This document shows positions 17,982-28,900 of a DNA stretch of 57,401 nt, piece by piece. The translations under genes were made by a program, and so were the position numbers. Numbering within the stretch: the first letter of the stretch is position 1; each line of letters starts with the position of its first letter. The notes beneath the pieces were generated by a model. It did no database searches. It was not told the origin of the DNA and saw nothing but the letters and a program-made list of their open reading frames with translations. The stretch is from a virus. Its lineage: Duplodnaviria > Caudoviricetes. The stretch spans positions 1-57,401 of IMG/VR virus record IMGVR_UViG_3300011013_003468. One strand, given 5' to 3'.

Positions 17982-18605
17982 ATGAAATCAACGAATTATA
18001 ATTTTACTTCTAATGAAGAAAAGTTAATATTTTATTATTTAGAAGAATTAAAAGATGATAATTTTATAAAAAAAATTATTTATCAACCAGAAAGTTTTAA
18101 TTTATTTAATGGATTAGAAAAAAAACAATTTATAAAAAAACAACTTAAAACAAAAATTAAGAAAAAATATTATAAAAATAATTTTTTAATCAATAAACGT
18201 ATATATACTGCTAATTTTAAAGTTATATGGAATGATAAAAAAAAAGATATTTTAAAATTAATACAAGATATCTCAAATAATGAAATAGATAGAAATATTC
18301 CATTTTTTTTTCAAAAAATAAAAACTAATAATAAAATAGAATATATTTCTTTTTTAGAAGTAAAAGGAAATTATGATAAAAATGGTGATCAACGTTCATT
18401 TTTGTCAAGAACTCAACCCTGGATATGGGAAAAATATAATATTTATATCCAAATGATTAAACCTATAATTTTATTTAAAAATACTTTTATTCCTAAAAAA
18501 ATTATTGAAGTAATGTATTATAAAAAAAAGTATAAAAATAAAAATATAGGTGATAAAAAATATGATTTTAAATATAAAACAAAAAATGAATTTTTAAATA
18601 ATTAA
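17982..18605 (+). CDS. PD-(D/E)xK nuclease-fold protein (resolvase/endonuclease I-like)
   Basis: SNEE, YQPESF, IYTANF, FLEVKG. Confidence 0.65.
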   Translation: MKSTNYNFTSNEEKLIFYYLEELKDDNFIKKIIYQPESFNLFNGLEKKQFIKKQLKTKIKKKYYKNNFLINKRIYTANFKVIWNDKKKDILKLIQDISNNEIDRNIPFFFQKIKTNNKIEYISFLEVKGNYDKNGDQRSFLSRTQPWIWEKYNIYIQMIKPIILFKNTFIPKKIIEVMYYKKKYKNKNIGDKKYDFKYKTKNEFLNN

Positions 18606-18616
18606 AATAAAAAATT

Positions 18617-18937
18617 ATGAAACAAAAAGTAAAAATTATTACAAATGATTCTTCTGATAATTTTACATTAAGTATAGGAGTTGCAATAGCAAAAATAGAA
18701 AAAAAAAATAAAAAATTTTATGATATTGTATTATTAAAAGATAGTATTTATCTTAATTATGTACTCGAACCAGTATTGATAGAAGAAAAAGACATTATTT
18801 TTATAGATGATGAAGAATTTGATAAATATTATAATTTATTAGTTAATAAACTTAAAAAAAAGACTTTTGATATGGAAGTAGAATTATCAAATATACAAAC
18901 TTATTTAGATAATTTAAAAAAATTTTGTTATGAATGA
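18617..18937 (+). CDS. hypothetical protein
   Basis: 106-aa ORF in operon. Confidence 0.6.
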   Translation: MKQKVKIITNDSSDNFTLSIGVAIAKIEKKNKKFYDIVLLKDSIYLNYVLEPVLIEEKDIIFIDDEEFDKYYNLLVNKLKKKTFDMEVELSNIQTYLDNLKKFCYE

Positions 18938-19253
18938 TATAAAAATTTTAACCGAAGATAATGTAGAATTTTTTATATGTTCTGATTTTAAAGAAGTTGA
19001 TAAAATAGTTTATCAATTATTTAAAAAAGATATTATTAATATCAAATCAGGATTAAAAATATTATCAAAAAATCCCGAATTAGTTTCTGTTACTTATAAA
19101 TATAATGGAACTATAGACTGTTATTTAAATAATGAAATCGTTAGAACTGAAATAAATCATATAAAAATCTACGATAAAATAAATATTTATTTAACTACTT
19201 ATATTAAAAGCACTGATATTTTAATAGAAATTCCATTAAAAAATGTGGTATAA
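18930..19253 (+). CDS. hypothetical protein
   Basis: 107-aa ORF overlapping both neighbours. Confidence 0.6.
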   Translation: MNDIKILTEDNVEFFICSDFKEVDKIVYQLFKKDIINIKSGLKILSKNPELVSVTYKYNGTIDCYLNNEIVRTEINHIKIYDKINIYLTTYIKSTDILIEIPLKNVV

Positions 19254-19881
19254 AGAAACTATTAGAACAGAATATGATAATATATTATTAAGTATTCAAT
19301 ATTCTTTTGATGAATTAAGAGAAAATATAGAAAAATTTTTTAATATTAATTCTAAAGCTCTTTTAAAAAAAAGTAGAATGAAAGAAATTGTAGATTATAA
19401 AACTATATTTTTTTTAATTACAGAAAAACAATATCCACAAAAAAAGATAGCAGATTATCTTAATAGAAAGCGTTCAGGATTAGTAATTATAAAAAAATAT
19501 AGAATTAATAATATACGGTTTATTACTTTATATAAAAATTTTTTAAAATATTGGCTAGATAAAAAAGATAATAAAAAAATAGAAATATTTAATACTAATA
19601 ATTATATTTTTGAATTAGAAGAAGAAATTTTTAATTTAAAAAAAGATTTAAGTATTTTAAAAGAAGAAAATAAAGAATTATTATATAAAAACAAATTATT
19701 TTATATAAAAATTGATGAAATAAGATATAGTTTATTAAAATATATGTATAATAATCCTTTATATGATATAAAAAGTAATAGTGTTATAGAAAAACTAAAA
19801 AATATATTTGGATTTGATGATATCTCTTCTTCTAAAATCTACAAAGAATTAAGAAAATATAAAGATAAGGAGCTAAAATAG
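19243..19881 (+). CDS. DnaA domain IV-like HTH protein with coiled coil
   Basis: IEKFFNINSKALLKKSRMKEIVDYKTIFFLI...QKKIADYLNRKRSGLV matches the DnaA C-terminal pattern. Confidence 0.65.
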   Translation: MWYKETIRTEYDNILLSIQYSFDELRENIEKFFNINSKALLKKSRMKEIVDYKTIFFLITEKQYPQKKIADYLNRKRSGLVIIKKYRINNIRFITLYKNFLKYWLDKKDNKKIEIFNTNNYIFELEEEIFNLKKDLSILKEENKELLYKNKLFYIKIDEIRYSLLKYMYNNPLYDIKSNSVIEKLKNIFGFDDISSSKIYKELRKYKDKELK

Positions 19882-19900
19882 CTTCTTACCTTTTTTTTTT
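19866..19900 (+). terminator. terminator at the convergence of the replication and virion modules
   Basis: TAAGGAGCTA-AAA-TAGCTTCTTA-CC followed by T10. Confidence 0.7.
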
Positions 19901-19912
19901 GTACTATTAATT

Positions 19913-22900
19913 TTATTTTTTCTTTTTTTCTTTTTTCTTTTTTTCTTTTTTTTCTTTAATTAATTTTCTATCCCAATAATCTTTTGAAGGTATTGTCCAA
20001 TCTTTTTTAGTATAATTTCCTAATCCTCCATAATTAACAAAAGCAGGAATAAATGCTCTATTAGTATCTCTTAATAAAGGATGTTTATTATTTTTTGTTT
20101 TATTTAATTCACCAAAAATACTTTTTTCTATATCTCCTAATAATTTAATTACATTTTGTAACCAAGTTACTAAACTTATTTGACTATAATTATTATAAAT
20201 ATCTTTTGGCTTTGCATATAATGTAGCATTACTAATAAGATTCATTATTTTATTTTCAAAAAATAAATATAATTTATGTTTATATTTACCTTCTTCATCG
20301 TCATCATCATCCGCACCTCTTAAACTAGATAACATTAATTTAAATGCAATCATTGCTAATAATATTGATATATCAGCAATATTAGCTTGTAAATTTTTAG
20401 TATCTAATTCATTTAATTTTAAAGATTTTAAATTAGCTTGCCCATATTTTGTTGCGATTCCAAATAAATGTAATGGTGTAAATAATGATTTTTTTAATAT
20501 ATTAAAACTAACAATAGCTAATTCTTTAATAAATCCTATTTCAGTATTAACATTATTAAAAGAAGCTATTGTTGCACCTAATGCTCCTGTAATTAATGAT
20601 GTAATAGGACCTCCTATAAGACCTATAGTTGCACCAAAAATTCCTCCACTAATTGGTGTAAATGATCTATATCTACCTTTTACTTTTTTATCTTTAGTGA
20701 AAATACTTTCTTGTTCAGTAGCAAATCTTTGCCATATTTGATTTGGTAGCCATGTTTTAAATAATGATACTGCTCTACCTGCAGGATTTGATTTTAGTAA
20801 CATACCACCCAAAGATTCATAATCACCATGAATACTTGCTATTGCTTGTAATACTTTATTTTTAAATGTATTATAATTATCTCCTTTAAAATTTTCCCAA
20901 TTATCTATATTTTCTTGACTTCTAAATTCTTCTTTTAATCTCAATGTATCATTTACTACTTCAAAAGCCGTAAATTTATTACCATCAAAAATAGGAACTT
21001 TTTCACCTGTTTTTGCATTAGTTATATAAGTATCTTGTAATATTGCTAATACATCAGCACCTTGATTTCTAAATTCTATTGAAGAAATTGATATATGATA
21101 TGGTGATAATTTATGTATATTTCTAAATCTTGATTTAACAGAATTTTTTTGTAATTCATTAGATGTATCTTGAAGAATTTTATAATCTTCTATAATATGT
21201 TTTAAAATATCCCATTGTTTAGCAAAATCACTATGCTTATTTATTCTTTTTCTAAATCCTTGACTAACAAATAATTCTGCATGACCCATATTACCTGGTG
21301 TCCAATATAATCCTGATGTATCTGCAATCATATTAGCAAATTTTCCTTCAATTCTATTTGTTATAGCTGAAGAAACATTATACGCTAAACCTTTAAATAT
21401 TATCAACGATAATATACCATCTACTATTGAACCTATAGATAATCTATCACCTACATTATTTATTATATTATTTATTTTTTCTATTTCATCAATTAATTCT
21501 TTTTGTTTTGCTTTATCAGTATTTGTATTTTCTAATTTTTTTAATTCTTTTAAATAATTATTTCTAATTCCTAAAAATTTTTTTACTTCTTTAAATTCTT
21601 CTTTTGATACTAAAGCACCTGTTTGTAAAAACATAAAAAATCTTTTAAATATTTTTTTATCATAATAAGGTTTTTTTGTTTTTAAACCTGTAAATATTTT
21701 TTCACTTATTTCTTTATTTTTTCCTTTAACTAACCTATTATAAGCAAATTCCATTCTTTTATTAGCTCTTACTCTTTCTTTATCAGTTCTATTTAATAAT
21801 TTTTCTATTAAATTCATAACACCTTTTATCTTCGTATTTTTTTCTATATTAGTATAATATTCTTTTAAAGTATTCATTATAGGTTCTGTTTCTAATCTTG
21901 CATTATATGTTGCTGCTGCTGTTAATGCTGTTCTAATAATTCTTGGTATATCTTGTGAACTTTCATTTGTTATTCTATTTAATGCTATTTTATACATTAA
22001 TTCTTTTACATCAATGTTTAATATACCTATATATTTTTTTAATAAATTAATATCGGGTTTTACATTAAATTGTTCTGCTAAAAATGTTAATTGTGAATTA
22101 GTTAGATTATGAATATTATTGATAATATCTTTACCATTTATTGATTTCCAATAAATTAATAATTTATCTATAGTTGTTTTTAATTCTGTTTGTTTCCTAT
22201 CATAAAATTTTTTATTTATACCTTTATTAACTATTTCATTATCATAAATAGTTTTTGAAATAACAAAATTTTTACTAAAACTATTTAAAAAATTCTTAAA
22301 TATTGATTTCTTTTTTGAAGATATTGTTCCTTTTTTATTAGAATCTAACATTATTTCAATAAATGTATTTTCTATTGCAGGTATAGAACTAGCAGGTAAA
22401 CTATGATATTGATCAGAAAATGTAATATTTATATATTTTAATGCATCTTCTAATGCTTCCCAATAGTTATATAAATCTTCATCTTCTAAAATATATTTAA
22501 AATCTTTATTATAATATCCAGTATCTTTTTCTATTTCTTTATTTGTATATGCATCTTTATATTTTATCTTTTGCTTAGGTAAAAATGTAGTATATCTTAT
22601 ATCTAATGTATATCCATTATCAGAAAGACCATGATTTTTTTCAAAATATTTAGCTACATAAAATGGATTAGATAATTCGTTTTTATATTTTAAATAATTT
22701 TTAATTTTTTCTTTATGCTCTTCATCATCTTTAATTCTTCCATCTATTAATTCTTCACTAACATTAGATTTAGCTCTAAATTCTTCAATATTTTCTATTA
22801 TTTCTTTTATTATTTTATTATATAATCTTGGATTAAGAATTTTTTTTAAATTTTCAGTATATTCTTTATCTTCTTCTAAAAATTCTTCAAATTCTGTTCC

Positions 22901-25900
22901 TTTATATTTTTCTACAATATCAGTTAATTTATTTATATCTATTATATTGGCATTCTTTAATAACCACCTATATTTTGGTTTAACATTTTTTTCTTTTATT
23001 ACTTTATTTTTAAAATCTTTAAACCATTTAGGGCTAAATATATTTATTAATTTACCTGTTTTTGTTCCATCTAAATTCTTTTCAAAAAATATATCATAAG
23101 ATGTTGCTGTAATTCCTAAACTTTTATATTCCTTTAATTTCTTTTCTACTTTTAATTGAACTGTATCTAATTTATTTAATACTTTAGCCATATCACCATT
23201 AGCTTCATCAATAGCCTTTCTCATTTCGCTTAACATTATTTGTGGAATAAGACTATCTTCTGAAAAAGTATTTGTAGATAAATTTTGCATCATCATATCC
23301 CAAATACTAATATCTGGTTTATTTTTTATTAATTTTTCTATTGTAAGTCCTTCAAAATTTTTTAATAATGGTGAAGTTGATAATATTTCATTGACTTTAT
23401 CAGCTAATATATTTTTAAGTTTATTTTCTATACCTATAAAATCATCTTTTATTTTATATAATAAATCTTTTATTTCTTTTAATGATTCATCTACTCCTAT
23501 CATTTTTAATAATTCTTTCGTAAATAATAAATTCTTATTATCTATCTCAAAATTTCCAATATTTTTATAAAAATTTATAATATTTTGTATTTCAATTTTA
23601 TTTTTAATTGGATCTTTCATTAAAATATTCTCAATTAAATATTTATGATCATTGATCATACTATTTAAAAATTTAATATAATCTACATTTTTCTTTTTTA
23701 ATAATTCATATATATTATTTAAATTTTCTATTATATGATATAATTTAGATATTTCTGTATCTAATTCTTTTATCTCTTTTGGATTACTATTTCTTTTTTT
23801 AATTCTTAATCTATTTATTCTTTGTTCTAATTCTTTTATATTAGTATTTAAAATATTTTTAAAATTATTTTTTAAATCAATTATATTTGAATTTAAAGAT
23901 AAAGGTAAAAGATCTTCTTCATCTAATGTATATAATGTAGGAACAAAATCATCACTAAAATTTCTTTCTATAATATCATTATTATTCATTACTTTTTTTA
24001 TATATTCTTTTGATGGCGCTATTACTATTTCGTTTGTATTATTATAAAAATCATAATAAACTATTCCAGAACCATAATCCATATTTATTTTAGATGCTAC
24101 CAATTCACCATTTATACCTTTTTTAATAATTAATGAATCATCTTCTATTCTATCTAAATTATTTCTATATCTATTAAAAATATCATTTATAATTAATTTT
24201 TTTATTCGTTCTTTTTCATTTTTATAAGATTTTTGATTTGGATATGGGATTGTTTCAGTAGGATAATCTAAATCAATTCTTAATAAAAATGCATCAGCTA
24301 AAGTTCTTCTTAATCTTTCTTTTGTTGCTTTTGCTAAATTATTAAAAGATTTTATAATCCAGTGAATAAATGTTTTCCACCATCTATTAGCTTCACCTTT
24401 TTGTAATATAACTTGATTTGTTACTTCTTCTACTAATTTTTCTTTACTTCCCCATTTTTCAATACCTTCTCTCACAATAGGTGTATCTTTAAACCATTCT
24501 AAATATTGATGTACATACTGATATGGTAAATAATATTCATCTTCTTTTTTATCAGAATTATCAACTATTGCAAATAATGCATTTAAATTATTTTTATTAT
24601 CAATATCAAATTTTATATTTTTTAAATTTATTTCTGGATATAATTCTTCTAAAATAGTAGTTATATTATTATTTATTTGTTCTTTAATATCTTCTGATTT
24701 TTGATAAAATATATTATCGTTAGATTCATTAGAACTTAAATCTATTTTTTTATTACTATTTAAAACAAATTTTGTTAATTCTTCTAATGTAGTATTAGGA
24801 TTGATATTTTTTGAATCTATTTCTGATAAATTAAATAATTGTTTTATATAATCTATTAAATTATTCCAAAACATTTTAATTTTATCAATCAAATTTTTAT
24901 CTTTTTGTTTATCTAATTTATTTTTAGCATATAAATCAATAGCTCTTGCTATATATTCATGATCTTTATTAGAAGTATAGTTTTTATCTACATAATCAAC
25001 TACTTGTTTATTACTTTTAGCTTCTTCTAATAAATTATTATATAATTCAGGATTAGTCTTTTCTATTTGTAATAAAAAAGGATGTGTGAATATCTCGTGT
25101 ATAGCACTTGTTTTATCAGCTTTTCCTTTTACTAAATAAGCTTTTTTAGTTTCGGAATTATAAAACCCTGATGGTATATCACTATTATTTTCTTGATAAA
25201 AATTTTGTCCTTCTAATTTTTTATTTATTTGATATTTATTTTTTAAATAATTAGATAACCATTCTAAAGCATCTTTTCGATTTGTAAATTCTAAATTAAT
25301 TTGAGCTTCCATAGCAGCTTTAACGATATTACCTAATTCCTTTCCAGTTTTAAATCCTAAAGCTAATAAATCTTTTCCTGTTATTAATGGTTTTATTTTT
25401 TTACTATCTCCAAATTCTTTTTTAAATTCTTTAAGTAATTCATTAAATTTTTTAATTGTTTCTGGTACAGGTGTATTTTTATTATTTCTGCCTAACATAT
25501 CTGCTTCCATTAATCTTACTAATTCTTCAATAGATGCACTTTCTAATCTTTTTGATAACTTTATAAAAGCAGATTTTTGTCCTTTTATATCTTGAATAGA
25601 TGTTATAGTAGCATGTGCTAAATGTTCTTTTATAATAGGAATGACTTTTTTTATTATAGAATTTCTTATTCCTAATTTTTTTAAAAATTTTTCACTAATT
25701 TCTGCACTTTTTGCTTCATGACCTCTTGATGTTATTACTTCTCTATTCTTTTTTGGTACAAATGTTTTTTTTGTAGTATCTATTTTTCCAATATCATGTA
25801 GTAATGCACTAAACATTAAAACTGCTTTTTCATCTGCATTTAAATTTTCTCTTTTAGCAATATTATTTGCAACATTCATTACCTGTTTAGTATGTTCTTC

Positions 25901-28900
25901 TACATCCCCTTCAGGATGATACTCAAAATCTTGTTCTATATCTTTAAGTTTTATTAATTTTGGGAAATATTTTTTACCAATACCTGTATCTCTTAAAAAA
26001 TCAAATATTAATTGAGGATTACTCCCTTTAATAGCCCATTTTAACCATTCTTGTTCTATTCTTTCTTTAGGTAATTCATCTATCATATTTTTTTCTACCA
26101 TATCACGGATTAAATTAGCTGTTTCTGATGCCAATTTATATCCCATTCTACTTTGAAATTGCATAGCTCTCAAAATTCTCAATGGGTCTTCTTTAAATTT
26201 ATCGCTAACATGCCTTATAATACCTTCTTTTAAATCTTTAATTCCCCCATAATAATCGTACAAAGTTTTGCTTATAGGATTATACCCTAAACTGTTCCAA
26301 GTAAAATCACGTCTTTCTGCTGCTTCTTTTATAGTGATATTTTTATCAAATTCTGTTTTGAATCCTGTATATCCTTTACCTGTTTTATTTTCTCTTCTTG
26401 GTATAGAAAAATCAAACGGCTCTTCTATATCTACTAATTCAGTAGTACCTTTTTTATAAGGTATAAACTTTAATATTCCAAAACTTTTTCCTACTTCATT
26501 TACTTTACCATATTTCTCTAATATAGATTGTAATTCTTCTAAGGATACATTGTATATTTCTATATCAATATCTTTAGGTTTTTTACCTAATAAAGCATCT
26601 CTTACAGCTCCTCCAACAATAAGAGAGTTCATATTCTTATTATTTAATTCTATAAGTACAGGATTAAGTAAATTTAATAATTTTTCATTTATTGGTATAT
26701 CTACTTTTTGTTTTTCTATATTTTTTAAATTTTCTAACTCTTTTATTATTTTTAATTTCTGTTCAAAAACATTTTTGCTTGAATTAAGAATTTCTTTAGC
26801 ATTTTCTTCACTAATTAATTCAACAGGAATATTAAACCTATTACTTAAATCACTAGCAAAATTTTCTAAAGTATTTTCTATTTCAGATTTAGTTACTTTT
26901 TGAAATGGAAATTCATCTACATCAAAAAGATTATTATTATTATTAATAGGTTTTACTTTACTCCTAATTAAAATTCTTGGATATTTACGCATTCCTTCTT
27001 TTAATGCTGCTATTTTGACATTAGCTTTTATTTTAGGATCATCTTCTTCATTTTCATTATTTATTACTTCTTCATAAATATCATTTATATCTTTTTTTAA
27101 ATTATTATAAGTTATAGTAGGTTTTTTTTCACCATTAACTTCCAAATCTTTTAATTTTTTTTCAATTACTTCAACTTGTTCTTTTAATTCTTTTATTAAT
27201 TCATTATTTTTATTACTATATTTTTTACCATAAGATAATAATTTTATTCTTTTTTTTAATTTAACCATTTTTTTTATTAAAGTATAACTATTATTATCAT
27301 TTTGCACTTTAATTTTAGGTTCAATTAATTTGCCATATCTTTTATCTAATATATCATTAATACCATCAATTAATTTTTTAGTAGAATAAGGTACATCATC
27401 ATCATATTCTATTCTAAAATTATTATAAGTAAGAGCTATAGCTAGTTCATTATGATCGTATGTTAATTTATTTATTATATTAGTTAAATTTGGTTGTACT
27501 GCATTTAATGATTTTGATTCAGGTGCTTTAGTATAACTAATCCCTGCTGTTTCTTTTTTTAAATATTTATCAAAGTAAGCATACGAATCCCAAACACTTC
27601 CGCTATGAACATCTCTGTTTGCAGCCCATTTAATATCTTCTGATTTAGGAAATATTTTAATTCTTATTTTATTACCAAAACCTTCGAGTTTAGTAATTCT
27701 TTTATTAATTGGTTTAGTAAGTGCTGATACAATAAATTCTATTTTTGCTTTTTTATTATCTTCAATATTATTTAATAAATTTTGAAGCATTAATTCTAAA
27801 TCAAAATTTGAATATCCTCCTACAATTGAATAAAATCCTTGCCCTCTACTATATATTTCTTCCGGATTATATATAATATTATTAGTTTTTAACCATTTTT
27901 TTATAATTTTTATAGATAAGTTAAAATCTTTGTTTATTTCTGCAAACTTTTCTAATTCATCATCTTTAAATATATCTTCATTTTCAATTTCAAATTTATC
28001 AACTGGTATTACACTATCATCATAATCATCTAGATTTATTTTTTTTAATTTAAATAATTTAGTAATATGATTATTTGCTTCTTGATAAGTTTTAAAAGTT
28101 TTATTATCAGGTGTAGTATATATTACTTCATAACCTGGTAATATTAGTTTAGAATTTCTATAAGCTAATAAATCAGCTAAATTACCTAAAGTCATATCTG
28201 GTCTTAATTCTTCTATTTTAACTTCTCTTTTAGAAAACAATGATTTCATATAATCAGTCATTTGTTCCCATAATTCTTTTAATAGAGAAATTAAATTTTT
28301 ATCTTTAACTTTATCTAATCTATCAGCAATATATTCACCTAATAATTGAACAATAGCTTCTTCTTGTTGCTCTTCTAAAGAATATTTTTTTTCTACAATT
28401 TTTACATTTGGAAAATTTTCAGAATTTTTTATGTATTGTTTAAATGTATAATAATCTCCAAATTCTATTTTTTTTTCATCTCTATATTTAAAAGATAGTT
28501 CTTTATATTTGTAGTATTTTTTAACTCTATCTAAAACTTCTTTACCTCTACCAGTTTCAAGTTCTTTAAGTAGGCTTTGATATAAAGATGTTTCTTCATT
28601 AAAGTTACTAATTGGTTCACTTTTAATATCTTCAAGCATCTGCTTATAAGATGCAGCATGTCTGTCAATAGTTTTATCAGAAACAGCAGCTCTATTTTCA
28701 CCTCTCTCTAGTTGTGCTTTAATTCTTTTTTTAGCTAATTCGGGATTTAATTCCATTAATTTATATTGAATATTAGCTGTAGGTATTTCTTTTTTAATAG
28801 CTCTTATGAATGGTAATCTCTTTTCTTTCGTTAAATTAGTAGTATCAAATACCACTTGTTTACCTTCTTTTAAAGCATTTATTGCTCTTTTAGCAGCTTC

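Noticed and set aside
19890-19960. Long T-rich tract as an origin or assembly artefact
   Set aside because: Explained by the terminator U-tract plus the poly-Lys C-terminus (KEKKEKKKKEKKKK) of the minus-strand gene.
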